The notes below the pieces were generated by a model. It was not told the origin of the DNA. It saw only the letters and a program-made list of their open reading frames with translations, and did no database searches. DNA of 64,000 bases from Cyanobacteriota bacterium (GTDB taxonomy: Bacteria > Cyanobacteriota > Cyanobacteriia > PCC-6307 > Cyanobiaceae): the NCBI GenBank assembly GCA_046052125.1, contig JBJOMY010000007.1:16448-80447 (forward strand). Direction: 5' to 3'. Positions 32,972 to 45,687 of the stretch are shown here, piece by piece. The position numbers and the translations under genes are program-made. Positions within the stretch are counted from its first letter, which is position 1; the number at the start of each line of letters is the position of its first letter.

Positions 32972-33490
32972 CTAAGCCTGTGGAACGCTGAGCTTTGCCA
33001 GCCAGGGCGCCTGCTCGGCCATTGACCAGTGCTGAAACGGGTGCTGGGCAAGCGCTGCATTGCTGAACACACCCAGGCCCGTGATCTCACAGCCACACCA
33101 TGGCGGGATGGCCACCGCCGCCTGCTCATGCTCCAGCTCCACTTCAGCGATCACCAGCGGTGCGTTCTCCGCTTCAAACACATCGAGAACCCACTCACCG
33201 CCAGGAAGATCCAGCCCAAAGCGAGCCTTGATCAGCCTGGCTTCGCTGCGCTCGAGTAGGGCCTCAGCATCGAGGGGTGGGATCGCGTATTCGAACTCAT
33301 GGCGGGCAATGCCGGCCGCGGGATATTTGAGCGTGATCCAGGCAGAACCGGCGCCATCGCTGCGTACCCTCAGGGTGAGACCGTCCGCCGAGCCAGCCAG
33401 ATAGCCCTGCTGCAGGCTTCGGCTCCAGGACACGTGCGGCCTCCAGCCATCGCCAGCCACGAGAAAACGCCGCTCGATCTCCAGGGCCAT
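32972..33490 (-). CDS. CYTH-domain (triphosphate tunnel) protein
   Basis: EIERRFLV, QGYL, RVR, RHEFEYAIP, IAEVEL, EITG..FSN. Confidence 0.9.
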   Translation of the reverse strand: MALEIERRFLVAGDGWRPHVSWSRSLQQGYLAGSADGLTLRVRSDGAGSAWITLKYPAAGIARHEFEYAIPPLDAEALLERSEARLIKARFGLDLPGGEWVLDVFEAENAPLVIAEVELEHEQAAVAIPPWCGCEITGLGVFSNAALAQHPFQHWSMAEQAPWLAKLSVPQA

Positions 33491-33520
33491 GGAATCCTTC
33501 GCGAATGAGAGGGGTAAGGC

Positions 33521-34432
33521 TCAGTTGGGGGAGGGTTCTGCAGCCGTGAGGCTGCCGGCCCAGTGCAGTTTGCGACTGAGGGTGCGGTAGTACGAGGGGT
33601 TTTGCTCGAGCAGCACCATCAGGGCGTGGTGCGGCGAGCGGCGCACATCGCAGCGATCGCCAGGCTCCAGCACGGTGGCGTGGGCGCCGTCGTTCCAGAG
33701 GCGCACCCGCCGGCTCACCTCACCCAGGGGCCACACCGCCAGCTGCGCCCGCGGCGGCACCACAACCGGCCGGCTGGAGAGGCTCATCGGGCAGATCGGA
33801 TTCACCACGATCGCCTCCACCCCCGGGTGCAGGATCGGACCACCGGCCGCCATGGAATACCCCGTGGAGCCCGTGGCTGTGGAAATGATCAGCCCATCGC
33901 CACGGTATTGATCCACCACCTCACCATCGATTTCCAGCTCGAGCACGCAGGTGGGCGACACCTCATCGAGGCCAGGCCGGAAATAGAAATCATTGAGGGC
34001 CACATACACCGCGTCGCTGCGATCGGTGCTGGCCTCCAGCATCATGCGGCGCTCGAGCGCAAAGCGATCGTCGCGTAAGCGCTCCCACAGATCACTCTCG
34101 CCATCAGGGCCAGCGCCCTGGCTCAACAGCTTGCGCTCATGGGTGAGAAAGCCAAAGTGCCCGCCCACGTTGAAACACAAGATCGGTACCCCAAGAGGCG
34201 CCAGATGACGGGCCGCTCCGAGCACGGTGCCATCACCACCCAGCACGACCGCCAGATCCGGCGGACCACCTTCGTCGGCCAGTAAACCCGGAAACGGATT
34301 GGCCGTGGCGCCACTCATGGCTACGGCCACCTTCACCCCTTGCTCCCGCAAGGTTTCTGCACTGCGACGGGCCTGGCGCAAGGCTGCCTGACTGGCAGCC
34401 CTGTGAATCAACCAAACAGTCTCAAGGCGCAT
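33521..34432 (-). CDS. ppnK: NAD kinase
   Basis: [43 protein letters not shown]. Confidence 0.93.
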   Translation of the reverse strand: MRLETVWLIHRAASQAALRQARRSAETLREQGVKVAVAMSGATANPFPGLLADEGGPPDLAVVLGGDGTVLGAARHLAPLGVPILCFNVGGHFGFLTHERKLLSQGAGPDGESDLWERLRDDRFALERRMMLEASTDRSDAVYVALNDFYFRPGLDEVSPTCVLELEIDGEVVDQYRGDGLIISTATGSTGYSMAAGGPILHPGVEAIVVNPICPMSLSSRPVVVPPRAQLAVWPLGEVSRRVRLWNDGAHATVLEPGDRCDVRRSPHHALMVLLEQNPSYYRTLSRKLHWAGSLTAAEPSPN

Positions 34433-34459
34433 GGCACGCGGGCAGTGCCCCCAGCCTGC

Positions 34460-34789
34460 CTACCAACGCAGCAAATTGAAGCGCTCCATGTCGACCGTCT
34501 CACGGTTGCGGTAGAGCGAGAGCAGGATCGCCAGACCCACAGCGGCCTCAGCAGCCGCCACGGTGATCACAAAGATGGTGAACACCTGGCCGCGGATCAG
34601 CTGACCATCGAGGTAGCTGGAGAAGGCCATCAGATTGATGTTCACGGCGTTGAGCATCAATTCAATGCTCATCAGCACCCGCACGGCGTTGCGGCTGTTG
34701 ATCAAACCCCAGACACCTGTGCAGAACAGGATCGCCGCGAGAGCCAGGTAGGCCTGCAGGGGAACAGTGGTGGGCAGCTCGAGGTTCAT
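34460..34789 (-). CDS. ndhE: NDH-1 subunit 4L
   Basis: [30 protein letters not shown]. Confidence 0.97.
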   Translation of the reverse strand: MNLELPTTVPLQAYLALAAILFCTGVWGLINSRNAVRVLMSIELMLNAVNINLMAFSSYLDGQLIRGQVFTIFVITVAAAEAAVGLAILLSLYRNRETVDMERFNLLRW

Positions 34790-35388
34790 CAGTTGGTTTT
34801 CTCCAGCAGCAGAGGAGTGCGGGATTTTTCGATCAGGCCCTGATCAGCGGGCTCGCCGGTGGAGATGTCGGACGTCATCACATCGCGGCGGGCCAGCACG
34901 ATCGCACCGATCATGGCCATCAGCAGCAGCACCGAGGCCAGCTCGAACGGCAAGAGGTAATCGCTGAAGAGGTGCTCACCGATGCGGATCGTGGCTTCCT
35001 CACCCACCGGCTCAGGACCGGGGGTGGCCCAAGGGGTGGTGAAGGCGACCCGCAACAGCAGCGTGAACAAACCGGCGCAAACCGCACCGGAGAGCAGGCG
35101 CCGCAGCCCCAAGCCGGGGATCGCCGAAAGATCTTCCTTCTTGTTCACGAGCATGATCGCGAACAGGATCAGCACGTTCACCGCGCCCACGTAGACGAGC
35201 ACCTGAGCCGCGGCCACGAAACTGGCATTGAGCAGCAGGTAGAGACCCGCCACCGACAGGAACACCCCGCCAAGCAGAAAGGCGGAATACACGATGTTGG
35301 GCAGGAGCACCACACCGAGGGCACCGATGGCTACCACAGCCGAAAGCACCGTGAAGCAGATCAGCTGCGTGGAGGAGGCAATGGTCAT
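34789..35388 (-). CDS. ndhG: NDH-1 subunit 6
   Basis: [42 protein letters not shown]. Confidence 0.97.
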   Translation of the reverse strand: MTIASSTQLICFTVLSAVVAIGALGVVLLPNIVYSAFLLGGVFLSVAGLYLLLNASFVAAAQVLVYVGAVNVLILFAIMLVNKKEDLSAIPGLGLRRLLSGAVCAGLFTLLLRVAFTTPWATPGPEPVGEEATIRIGEHLFSDYLLPFELASVLLLMAMIGAIVLARRDVMTSDISTGEPADQGLIEKSRTPLLLEKTN

Positions 35389-36023
35389 CAGGCGTTCTCC
35401 TCGCTAGCGGCAGGGGCAGTTTGGCTCTTAGCCGGCTCAGGCTTGGGCAGAGTTTCCAGCACCTGGGCGGGCAGCTGACCGGCCCGCGGGCGCTTGGGAT
35501 CCACGCCGTGAGGGTCGAGCTCGCCTTTGGGCAGATAGGCCAGCTCGCGCAGGGGGATCACCGCGGGATCGCTGGTGACGCTCGTGGGCAGACGTCCGAG
35601 GGCGATGTTGTCGTAGTTGAGGCTGTGGCGATCGAAGGCGGCCAGCTCGTACTCCTCAGTCATCGAGAGGCAGTTGGTGGGGCAGTACTCCACGCAGTTG
35701 CCGCAGAAGATGCACACCCCGAAATCGATCGAGTAGTTGCGCAGCTCCTTCTTCTTGGTGGCTTTGTTCATGACCCAATCCACCACAGGCAGGTTGATCG
35801 GGCACACCCGCACACACACCTCGCAGGCGATGCACTTATCGAACTCGTAGTGAATCCGCCCCCTGTAGCGCTCCGAGGGGATCAGCTTCTCGTAGGGGTA
35901 CTGAACCGTGATCGGGCGGCGGCGCAGGTGGTCGAAGGTGACCGACAACCCCTGGGTCAGGTAGTTGGCTGCACCCACGGCATCGCGGGTGTAGTCACCG
36001 ACTTTTTTGAGGAACCCGAACAT
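35388..36023 (-). CDS. ndhI: NDH-1 subunit I (2x[4Fe-4S])
   Basis: [32 protein letters not shown]. Confidence 0.97.
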   Translation of the reverse strand: MFGFLKKVGDYTRDAVGAANYLTQGLSVTFDHLRRRPITVQYPYEKLIPSERYRGRIHYEFDKCIACEVCVRVCPINLPVVDWVMNKATKKKELRNYSIDFGVCIFCGNCVEYCPTNCLSMTEEYELAAFDRHSLNYDNIALGRLPTSVTSDPAVIPLRELAYLPKGELDPHGVDPKRPRAGQLPAQVLETLPKPEPAKSQTAPAASEENA

Positions 36024-36087
36024 GAACAGGCGAGCAGGGGCGGAGACGCCGGCACCATGATGGCCCGGCCTGAAGGAAGGCTGGGGA

Positions 36088-37230
36088 TCAGCCGCCGAAG
36101 AAGGCGGGGAAGGCGAGCTTGAGGCCGGCCGTCACCAGCAGGTTCACCAGAGCGATCGGCAACAGGAACTTCCAGCCCAGATCCAGGAGCTGGTCGATGC
36201 GCACCCGGGGCACGGTCCAGCGGAGCAGGATCGCGAAGAACACCAGCAGGTAGGCCTTGAGCACGGTCATCACGATGCCGGTGGTGGCCGTGATCACCTG
36301 CACCAGCGGTGCATCGATGGGCTGGCCGGTGAGGTTCACCACCCACTCCACCGGCAGGGGGAAGCCCCAACCGCCGAGGTAGAGCACCGCCACCAGCAGG
36401 GCGGAGAGCACCAGGTTGATGTAGCTGCCCAGATAGAAGAGGGCGAACTTCATGCCGGCGTACTCGGTCTGGTAGCCGGCCACCAGCTCTTCTTCAGCCT
36501 CAGGAAGGTCGAAGGGGAGGCGCTCGCACTCAGCCAGGGCGCAGATCCAGAAGATGGCGAAGCCCACAGGCTGGCGCCAGATGTTCCAGCTGAGGATGCC
36601 GGCGCCGGTCTGCTGATTAACGATGTCGACAGTGCTGAGCGAGTTGCTCATCATCACGACGGCGAGCACCGCCAGGGCCAAAGGGATCTCGTAGGAGATC
36701 GACTGAGCAGCTGCGCGCAGACCGCCGAGCAAGGAATATTTGTTGTTCGAGGCGTAGCCGGCCATCAGCAGGCCAATGGGCTGGATGCTGCTGAGGGAGA
36801 TCCAGAGGAAGATCCCAACACCCACATTGCTGATGAGCAGGTTCTGGCCGAAGGGCACCACGAGCCAGCTGAGGATCACCGGCACCAGCACGAGCACCGG
36901 GCCGAGCGTGAACAGCAGGCCATCGGCGCGGGCCGGGATCACATCCTCCTTAAAGAGGAGCTTCATGCCATCAGCCAGGGGCTGAAGGATGCCCAGGGCG
37001 CCGGCGTATTCAGGACCGATGCGCTGCTGCACGGCAGCGGAGATCTTGCGCTCCAGCCACACGTTCACCAGCACACCCACGACCGCTGCCACCAGCACCA
37101 GCAGCATCGGCAGAGGAAGCCAAAGCAGGTGCGCAGCGCCCGGCGAGAGCCCCAGACCCTGCAGGAGGTCGGTGAAGCTCGCCTCCAGGTCGAGGCCGGC
37201 GCTCACGACAGCGGGATTGGCAAACACCAT
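36088..37230 (-). CDS. ndhA: NDH-1 subunit 1
   Basis: [57 protein letters not shown]. Confidence 0.97.
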   Translation of the reverse strand: MVFANPAVVSAGLDLEASFTDLLQGLGLSPGAAHLLWLPLPMLLVLVAAVVGVLVNVWLERKISAAVQQRIGPEYAGALGILQPLADGMKLLFKEDVIPARADGLLFTLGPVLVLVPVILSWLVVPFGQNLLISNVGVGIFLWISLSSIQPIGLLMAGYASNNKYSLLGGLRAAAQSISYEIPLALAVLAVVMMSNSLSTVDIVNQQTGAGILSWNIWRQPVGFAIFWICALAECERLPFDLPEAEEELVAGYQTEYAGMKFALFYLGSYINLVLSALLVAVLYLGGWGFPLPVEWVVNLTGQPIDAPLVQVITATTGIVMTVLKAYLLVFFAILLRWTVPRVRIDQLLDLGWKFLLPIALVNLLVTAGLKLAFPAFFGG

Positions 37231-37279
37231 GGGTGGCCTGTGGATGGGGGCAACTTAAGCGGCCGCAGCCGCACTCGGG

Positions 37280-38452
37280 TCAGCGGGCTTGAAGCGGTGC
37301 CCAGGCGCGGGCCTCCGAACCGGTGTAGATCTGCGTGGGGCGGAAGATGCGATTGGCCCCGAGCTGCTCCTTCCAGTGGGCCAGCCAGCCGGCGGTGCGG
37401 GCAATGGCAAAGATCGGAGTGAACAGATCCACCGGGATGCCGAGCTTGCGGTACACAAGCCCGGAATAGAAGTCCACGTTGGGGTAGATGCCCTTGGGGC
37501 CGAGGCGCACGGCTGCGGCTTCTTCGAGCTTGCGGGCCAGGTCGTAGAGGGGATCGTGGCCGAACTGATCGAAGAGCTGCTCCGCGAGCTTCTGCAGGAT
37601 CACAGCGCGCGGATCCTTCACCTTGTATTCGCGGTGGCCGAAGCCCATGATCTTGCGCTTCTCGGCGATGGCCTGATCGAGCCAGGGCTCCACCTGATCA
37701 GCGCTGCCGATGCTGTCGAGCATCTCGAGCACATCCTCATTGGCACCGCCATGCAACGGACCCGCAAGCGTGCCCACGGCCGAAGCCACCACCGCATAGG
37801 GATCGGTGAGGGTGCTGGCGGTGACGCGGGCGCTGAAGGTGCTGGCGTTGAGGCTGTGCTCGGCGTGCAGGATCAAGCAGGCATCAAAGATGCGGGCCGC
37901 CAGGGGATCGGGCTCCCGCTCAGTGAGCATGTAGAGGAAGTTGGCCGCATAGGCCAGATCGTCGCGGGGCTGAATCGGATCCTGGCCTTTGCGGATCAGC
38001 TGAAATGCCGCCACCATCGTGGGGATCTTGGCGATCAGGCGCACCACCGCGGAAACGATGTATTCCGGGTTATCGAGAGCGCGGCGGGAATAGAAGAGCC
38101 CTAGGGAGGCGGCGCTGGCCTGCAGCGCATCCATCGGGTGCCCCTGGGAGGGGAAGCTCTTCATCATGTCGCGGATGCGGAAGCTCACCCGCCGGTGCAT
38201 CTGCACCTCATGCTCAAACTCCTGCAACTGGGCTGCAGTGGGCAGCTCTCCCCAGATCAGGAGATAAGCGGTTTCCAGGAAGGTGCTGTGTTGCGCCAGC
38301 TCCTCAACGCTGTAGCCGCGGTAGGTGAGCAGCCCGCGCTGGCCATCGATATCGCAGACGGCGGACTGGGTGGCCGGCACCCCTTCCAAACCAGGCCGAT
38401 ACACCGGGGCCGCCGTTGCCGCGATCGCATCAGCTCCCGCTGCCCTCACCAT
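37280..38452 (-). CDS. gltA: Citrate synthase
   Basis: GLEGV, HAEHSLNAST, GPLHGGANE, MGFGHREYK, YPNVDFYSG. Confidence 0.96.
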   Translation of the reverse strand: MVRAAGADAIAATAAPVYRPGLEGVPATQSAVCDIDGQRGLLTYRGYSVEELAQHSTFLETAYLLIWGELPTAAQLQEFEHEVQMHRRVSFRIRDMMKSFPSQGHPMDALQASAASLGLFYSRRALDNPEYIVSAVVRLIAKIPTMVAAFQLIRKGQDPIQPRDDLAYAANFLYMLTEREPDPLAARIFDACLILHAEHSLNASTFSARVTASTLTDPYAVVASAVGTLAGPLHGGANEDVLEMLDSIGSADQVEPWLDQAIAEKRKIMGFGHREYKVKDPRAVILQKLAEQLFDQFGHDPLYDLARKLEEAAAVRLGPKGIYPNVDFYSGLVYRKLGIPVDLFTPIFAIARTAGWLAHWKEQLGANRIFRPTQIYTGSEARAWAPLQAR

Positions 38453-38512
38453 CGCTGCAACCAGCACATCTGATTGGCAACCTAAGGCCGCTGCTCGCGC
38501 GGTTCGGTGCCA

Positions 38513-39070
38513 TCAGCCACCGGATGACTGGCTTTCGCGCCGGCCCAGCAGCACCCGCGGCGGCAGCAGCAACTCCAGCCGGGCACTACCGAGCAACCCC
38601 GCCTGGGGCGGCTTGGACCACTGCAACAGCACCACCCCAGCTTTCTTGAGGTGCAGGGCTTCAGGCGCCATCGCCATCGGCACACCGATCAACAGGGCCG
38701 CGAGGGTGCTGAGGTCTGGTTCGTGGCCCACCAGCGCCAGCCGGCGCCAGGCCGGCCGCGGTGAAACCGCCCCGAGCCAGCGCTCCAAAAGAGGCAACGG
38801 ATCGGCCAGGGGAGCCAGGGCTGCCGCCAACTCGAGCTCCGGGGCCAAACCCGCCTCCACGGCGAGCTCAGCCGTCTGCCGGGCACGCACCAGGGGGCTG
38901 CTCAACACCAGATCGCAGCTGAGCTCCAGATCCACCAGGGCCTGAAGCTGGGCCATGGTGCGCTCCCGCCCCTCGGGGGTGAGGCTGCGCTGGGCATCTT
39001 CCAATCCCTCGGCCCGCTCCTCCGCGATGCCGTGGCGCAGCAGCAGCAATTCCCGCTTGCGAGAGGCCAT
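38513..39070 (-). CDS. sixA: Phosphohistidine phosphatase SixA
   Basis: LLLRHGIA, SSPLVRARQTA, LVGHEP. Confidence 0.88.
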   Translation of the reverse strand: MASRKRELLLLRHGIAEERAEGLEDAQRSLTPEGRERTMAQLQALVDLELSCDLVLSSPLVRARQTAELAVEAGLAPELELAAALAPLADPLPLLERWLGAVSPRPAWRRLALVGHEPDLSTLAALLIGVPMAMAPEALHLKKAGVVLLQWSKPPQAGLLGSARLELLLPPRVLLGRRESQSSGG

Positions 39071-39074
39071 GGCT

Positions 39075-40682
39075 TCAGCCCTTCAGCTGCAGCTGGGCCC
39101 GCAGCCGCAGGGCGCGGGCGGAGGGGCCATCACCCTCCAGGCTCAGGGCTGCCCCATCCACCAAGGGAGTGAGCGAACTGCTGGAGAGGGCGCTGATCAG
39201 CCGCCAGGGCTGCCAACCCGCCAGCAGCTGCTGGGCCGTGGAGGCGTCCATGGCCCATTGGAAGGGGGCCTCTGGGGTTCCCAACGATTCCAGTTGGTCC
39301 AGACGCTGATCGGAACCGTGGTGGCCCTCGTCCTGCTGATTGAGCACCGCCAGCCCCTGTCCCCACCAAGCCCAGCTGTTTTGCAGCGTGCGCGCCCCTG
39401 CCAACTGGGCCTGCAGCTGATCGGGATTGCCCTTCACCGGCTTCGACTCCAAACGAGTCCAGGCCTGAAGCGCAAGGCCACGGCTCTGCAGCGGCGAGCT
39501 GCTGTAGCCCTCAGCCGACAGGGAGGCATCGAGGGCATCGAGGGGCGGTTGTTGAGCCGTTGTGCCAAGCAGCCAGCCATCGCGCGACTGCGCCCACAGC
39601 AGCGGGCCATGATCCGCCGCCGCCACCAGAGCAGGCAGGGCACCGGGCATGCGATTGAGGGCCTGACGCAGCAGGGGGGAGAGCAGCTCGCCCCAGGGAT
39701 TCGGGTCAGCCTCCAGCACCTGAGCTGGATCGCTCAGTAGAGCGAGGCTAGTGGCGGACACCTGAAGCTGCTTCTGCAAAGCCTGCGGTGGCGCGGGCAA
39801 CGCAGGAAGCCCCTGACGCAACTGTGTGATGGCATCCAGCTGCAAGCCACGGCCCGAGGGGGCGACCGCCGCCACCAGCTCAATCGCGGGCGACTCCGCA
39901 TCGGCATCTCCAGAGCTGGTGGCGGCCGGGAGACCCAACCACTGCTCCATGGCCTGCGGACGGGCGGTGAGCAGGGCCACACCTCGGCCGAGACGATCCA
40001 CGGCCTGCTGCAGCGGAACGCTGGCGGCCTGATTCAGTTCATCAATCTGGGACACGTCGAGGGCCTGCTCGAGAACGCCTCGACCTGAGGCGATCAGCAC
40101 CAACTCGTCGTTGATCAACGCTGTGGCCAGCGGCTGCGGCTCCTGCCCCAGCAGGGCGCCACGACCACTGATCAGCCCCATGCCGCGATAGCTGCTGATC
40201 TGCAGATCAGTGCCAGCCAGGCTGCGGCTCTGCCAGAACCGCTGGAGAAAACGGCGCGCACCCTCACTATCGCGGCTGCGCAGAGCCAGCACCCAACCGG
40301 GGGGCTCCTGCGCCGCCGGAGGGGTGAGCAAAGCAAAACTGCTTTCGCGCCCCAGCCAAGGAGCCAACTCACTGGCGTAGTCGAGCCCGGCGGCAGCAAA
40401 GGCGCCATCACGCAGACGATCCGCGGCTGCCGCGGCCTCTCGGCGCTGGCGCGGCGCCGCCACGGCGCGTGCGTAGGCAGCAGGCTGCTCAGGCGAGAGC
40501 AACCAGTGCACGCTCAGGGGCGCCGTGCGGGGCACAAAGCGGGCCGCCAGGGGCAAGGCGAGGCGCTGGTTCTGCAACCCCAGCGGACTGTGCTGCAGGA
40601 GCAACCACCAGCCCGCGGCTCCCAAGCTCAGCAAGGCCACGGCCGCCGCCAACACTGCCGCCAGGAAGGGGCGGGCCTTCAT
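39075..40682 (-). CDS. DUF3352-like exported protein
   Basis: N-terminal anchor, AARFVP, GLDYASELAPWLG, SSYRGMGLI; upstream of sixA-gltA. Confidence 0.7.
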   Translation of the reverse strand: MKARPFLAAVLAAAVALLSLGAAGWWLLLQHSPLGLQNQRLALPLAARFVPRTAPLSVHWLLSPEQPAAYARAVAAPRQRREAAAAADRLRDGAFAAAGLDYASELAPWLGRESSFALLTPPAAQEPPGWVLALRSRDSEGARRFLQRFWQSRSLAGTDLQISSYRGMGLISGRGALLGQEPQPLATALINDELVLIASGRGVLEQALDVSQIDELNQAASVPLQQAVDRLGRGVALLTARPQAMEQWLGLPAATSSGDADAESPAIELVAAVAPSGRGLQLDAITQLRQGLPALPAPPQALQKQLQVSATSLALLSDPAQVLEADPNPWGELLSPLLRQALNRMPGALPALVAAADHGPLLWAQSRDGWLLGTTAQQPPLDALDASLSAEGYSSSPLQSRGLALQAWTRLESKPVKGNPDQLQAQLAGARTLQNSWAWWGQGLAVLNQQDEGHHGSDQRLDQLESLGTPEAPFQWAMDASTAQQLLAGWQPWRLISALSSSSLTPLVDGAALSLEGDGPSARALRLRAQLQLKG

Positions 40683-40759
40683 GGGTTGCCTGCAGGACTG
40701 GCCTCATCTTTATGCATGGGGGCAGTGTTTGGCACCCTGAGCAGCCCTAGCTTCTGGCG

Positions 40760-41104
40760 ATGAGCACACCCACACCCCTCAGCGCCCACCAACTGCACCA
40801 GCGCCTCGAAGCCGGTGAGCCGTTGCAGCTCGTGGATGTGCGCGAGTCAATGGAACTGGAGCTGGCGCGGCTCAACGCGCCTGTGGTTCACCTACCGCTG
40901 AGCGAATCGGAGCGGTGGATCCCCTCCCTGCGGGAGCAGCTCGATGCCGAACGGGATGTGGTGGTGCTGTGCCACGCCGGCATCCGCAGCTGGCAATTCG
41001 GCTGCTGGCTGATGGAGGCCCAGGGCTTCCCACGGGTGTGGAACCTGCAGGGCGGCATCGACGCTTGGAGCGCCGAGGTTGATCCGAGCGTGCCGCGCTA
41101 CTGA
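40760..41104 (+). CDS. Rhodanese-like sulfurtransferase
   Basis: LVDVRE, VLCHAGIRS, NLQGGIDAW, DPSVPRY. Confidence 0.9.
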   Translation: MSTPTPLSAHQLHQRLEAGEPLQLVDVRESMELELARLNAPVVHLPLSESERWIPSLREQLDAERDVVVLCHAGIRSWQFGCWLMEAQGFPRVWNLQGGIDAWSAEVDPSVPRY

Positions 41105-41154
41105 GCCGCAACCGCCCCTACGATCCCCGCACCTCTCGCACCAGGCGCGTTTCC

Positions 41155-42147
41155 GTGCAGCCGTTGCCCCGCCGGCAAGAGCAGGTGCTGCAGGCCACCG
41201 TGCGCCACTACGTGGACACCACCGAGCCGGTGGGCAGCAAAACCCTGGTGCAGCGCTTCGGGCTGGAGGCGAGCCCGGCCACGATCCGCTCGGCGATGGG
41301 CGCCCTCGAACAGCGGGGTCTACTCACCCAGCCCCACACCTCCGCCGGCCGGGTGCCGAGCCCGCTGGGCTACCGGCACTTCGTGAACTGCTTATTACCG
41401 GCCCCCGGCGCGGCAGCCGGGCAGCTGCAGCGGGAACTGATGGGCTTGAGCCTGCAGTGGGCCGCCCTCGACGACCTCCTGCTGCACCTGGCCCGCCGGC
41501 TCGCGGATCTCACCGGTCTGCTGAGCCTGATCACCCGGCCGCAGCGCCTCACCCCCGGGCTACAAACCGTGCGTCTGGTGCCCAGCGGCGATCGCCTGCT
41601 GGTGTTTCTGGTGGATGGAGGGGCCTGCGCCACGAGCCTCAACCTGCGCCTGCCGCATGGCAGCGCGCACAACCTGCCCGCCCTGGAACGCTGGGTGAGC
41701 GATCAGCTGGCCCAGGGAGCTATCAACTGGCAGAGCCTGCCGCCGCAGCTCCAGGGCTGCGGTGATTTGCTGCGCCAGGGGCTGATCAGCCACCACCAGG
41801 CCAGCGCCAGCCAACCCAGCAGCGCCGTCACCCTCGGCCTGGGCGGTTTGCTGAGCCAGCCGGAATTCCAACGCAGTGAAAGTCTGCGGCCGCTGCTGCA
41901 GTTGGTGGAACAGGAGCCGCAGCGGGTGTTGCAGGCGGATCAGGTGAGTCCGCTCGGGGGCGTGTGGATCGGTGCCGAGCACCCGGATCCGGCACTGCAC
42001 CAATGCGCGGTGGTGCAGTCGCGCTACGACACCGCCACTGGCGGTTCGGGCCAGGTGGCCCTGATCGGACCAATGCGGATGCCCTATGCCACAGCCCGCT
42101 CAGCCGTGCAGGCGGTGGCCAACACGCTGGAACGGCTGCTGAGCTGA
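41155..42147 (+). CDS. hrcA: Heat-inducible transcription repressor HrcA
   Basis: EPVGSKTL, SPATIRSAM, QPHTSAGRVPS..GYR, LIGPMRMPY. Confidence 0.93.
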   Translation: MQPLPRRQEQVLQATVRHYVDTTEPVGSKTLVQRFGLEASPATIRSAMGALEQRGLLTQPHTSAGRVPSPLGYRHFVNCLLPAPGAAAGQLQRELMGLSLQWAALDDLLLHLARRLADLTGLLSLITRPQRLTPGLQTVRLVPSGDRLLVFLVDGGACATSLNLRLPHGSAHNLPALERWVSDQLAQGAINWQSLPPQLQGCGDLLRQGLISHHQASASQPSSAVTLGLGGLLSQPEFQRSESLRPLLQLVEQEPQRVLQADQVSPLGGVWIGAEHPDPALHQCAVVQSRYDTATGGSGQVALIGPMRMPYATARSAVQAVANTLERLLS

Positions 42148-42150
42148 GCT

Positions 42151-43425
<1,275 letters not shown>

Positions 43426-43576
43426 TGCAGCGTAGGAACTGGCGGTGGCGGCAGGACGGGCCAGCCAGCCGGCTCGTCAAAACGCACCATCTCCAGCTGC
43501 AGAGGAGGCATCTCCATCGAGCGAGACGGCGCTGTCCAACCCGTGCGCTGAACTGGGTGTAGCGAACAACCAAGCA

Positions 43577-43900
43577 ATGGCCAAGGGCGGCTGGCAGGAA
43601 TTCAGCAGGCCGGAGAGCCTGCAGCGAGGGATGCCAGCGTCGGACCCCACCCCGAAAAACCAGCAGCGCGTGCGGGTGCAACGCACCAAAGCTGGCAAGG
43701 GCGGAAAGATGGTGACGGCGATCACCGGTCTAGAAGCAGCTGAAGCCGAGCTGAAGGCCCTGCTAAAGCAGCTCAAGGCCGCAGCCGGCACCGGCGGCAC
43801 CGTGAAAGACGGGGTGATTGAACTGCAGGGCGATCAGGTAGCGCCTGCGCTCGCTGCACTCGAGAAGGCGGGCTACAAACCAAAACAGGCCGGAGGTTGA
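43577..43900 (+). CDS. SUI1/YciH translation initiation factor
   Basis: MAKGGWQEF...VRVQRTKAGKGGKMVT...GTGGTVKDGVIELQGD. Confidence 0.9.
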   Translation: MAKGGWQEFSRPESLQRGMPASDPTPKNQQRVRVQRTKAGKGGKMVTAITGLEAAEAELKALLKQLKAAAGTGGTVKDGVIELQGDQVAPALAALEKAGYKPKQAGG

Positions 43901-43904
43901 GGCA

Positions 43905-45032
43905 TTGCTGAAACCCTCCCTCGGCCTGCTCCTGGCGGGCAGCCTGCTGAGTGGTCCTCAGGCGGCGCTTGCTGAAACCAGCAAGGACTGCCAAACCGCT
44001 CTGGCAGCAGCAGCGCAGCAGCAAAGCGATCTGCTGCAGCGCGCACCAGAGTTGGCTGTGCTGATGCTGGGCGAAATCCACACCAGCAGCGCCGACCATG
44101 AGTGGCAGCTGCGCACCCTCGAGCGGTTGAGCTTGCAACGCCAACTGGTGCTCGGACTCGAGATGATTCCGGCAGCCCGGCAACCTGTTCTCAACCGCTT
44201 CAACAACGGTGAGATCGATCTGGCGACCTTGCCGAAGGAGGTGGACTGGGCATCGGTCTGGGGCCATGACCCTGAGCTGTATGCACCCTTGCTGCGCTGG
44301 GCTCGCTTGAAACGAGTGCCCCTACTGGCCCTGAATGCCGAGCCTGCGCTTGTTCGGCAGGTGAGACAAGGCGGGTTGGCGGCGCTTTCACCGGCTCAGC
44401 TCCAAAGAATCGACCAACCAGCACCGGCCAGCCAGGCCTATCGCCAACGGTTGACCATCAGCTGGCGAGTGCACCAACCCCCGGGGGATTCACACAGCAA
44501 CGCTGCAGACCTGGAGCGCTTCATCGATAGCCAAGTGCTGCGTGACCGCGTGATGGCCAAGCGACTCCTGGCTGCTCATCGCCTGAATCCCCAGCCGTTG
44601 CTGGTGGCCCTCATCGGGGCGGGGCACATGGAAGGGAACGATGGCGTTCCCCAACAGCTCCAGCAGCTCGGCCTCAAACAACAACTCGCCCTCAAGCGCC
44701 CCCTTCTGCCGGATGGCTGCGTTCCACCCCCGAGTGGTGCACGTTTAGGTGCCTTCCTGGAAAGCGATCCGTCCGGGGTCTGGGTGCGCCAGGTAGCGCC
44801 TGGGTCTGCAGCCGCGGCGGCAGGGCTGCGACCAGGCGATCGAATCCTTGAACTGAACGGACAGAGTGTTCAACGGGCCGGCCAGGTGATCCGTGGGGTG
44901 CGGCTCCATCCCGATGGCGTTCAGCTGCGATTGACCATCGAACGCAAAGGCCAGCGCATCCAGTTGGACCTGCAGCTGCCCGCCTCGAACGAACCGGCGA
45001 TTGCCGCCAGGGACAATGGCGCCAACGTCTAG
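43905..45032 (+). CDS. ChaN/DUF399-like exported protein with C-terminal PDZ domain
   Basis: Signal peptide, MLGEIH, LGLEM, Y.PL, LLALN, Q.LRD..MA, GAGH; PDZ segment [29 protein letters not shown]. Confidence 0.78.
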   Translation: MLKPSLGLLLAGSLLSGPQAALAETSKDCQTALAAAAQQQSDLLQRAPELAVLMLGEIHTSSADHEWQLRTLERLSLQRQLVLGLEMIPAARQPVLNRFNNGEIDLATLPKEVDWASVWGHDPELYAPLLRWARLKRVPLLALNAEPALVRQVRQGGLAALSPAQLQRIDQPAPASQAYRQRLTISWRVHQPPGDSHSNAADLERFIDSQVLRDRVMAKRLLAAHRLNPQPLLVALIGAGHMEGNDGVPQQLQQLGLKQQLALKRPLLPDGCVPPPSGARLGAFLESDPSGVWVRQVAPGSAAAAAGLRPGDRILELNGQSVQRAGQVIRGVRLHPDGVQLRLTIERKGQRIQLDLQLPASNEPAIAARDNGANV

Positions 45033-45039
45033 CGCCCTG

Positions 45040-45687
45040 ATGACCACGACCCCCTCCTACGGCGAACTCACCACCAAAGGCGCCTCGACCAACATCGCCT
45101 GGCACCACGCCTCCGTGGATCGGGCGGCACGGGCAGAGCAGCGGGGCCATCGCAGCGCGATTCTGTGGTTCACCGGCCTGAGCGGCTCGGGCAAGAGCAC
45201 CCTGGCCAACGCCGTGAACCAGGCCCTGTTCGAGCGGGGGCTGGCCTGCTACGTGCTCGATGGCGACAACATCCGCCACGGCCTCTGCAAAGACCTCGGC
45301 TTCTCTGATGCCGACCGCGAAGAAAACATCCGCCGCATCGGTGAGGTGAGCAAGCTCTTCCTCGATGCCGGCGTGGTGGTGCTCACCGCCTTCGTGTCGC
45401 CCTTCAAAGCCGATCGCGACCGTGCCCGCGCTCTGGTGGCTGCCGGTGATTTCGTGGAGATTCACTGCGCCGCCGACCTAGCCGTGTGCGAAGAGCGCGA
45501 CACCAAAGGCCTCTACGCCAAGGCCCGCGCCGGCGAGATCAAGGAATTCACCGGGATCTCCAGCCCCTATGAGGCCCCCGAGGCGCCCGAGCTGAAGGTG
45601 GACACCGGCAGCCAGACCCTCGAGCAGAGCGTGGAGCAGGTGCTCGCCTACCTGAGCGCTGAGGGCGTTATTCCCCAGCAGGGCTGA
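45040..45687 (+). CDS. cysC: Adenylyl-sulfate kinase
   Basis: [51 protein letters not shown]. Confidence 0.96.
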   Translation: MTTTPSYGELTTKGASTNIAWHHASVDRAARAEQRGHRSAILWFTGLSGSGKSTLANAVNQALFERGLACYVLDGDNIRHGLCKDLGFSDADREENIRRIGEVSKLFLDAGVVVLTAFVSPFKADRDRARALVAAGDFVEIHCAADLAVCEERDTKGLYAKARAGEIKEFTGISSPYEAPEAPELKVDTGSQTLEQSVEQVLAYLSAEGVIPQQG

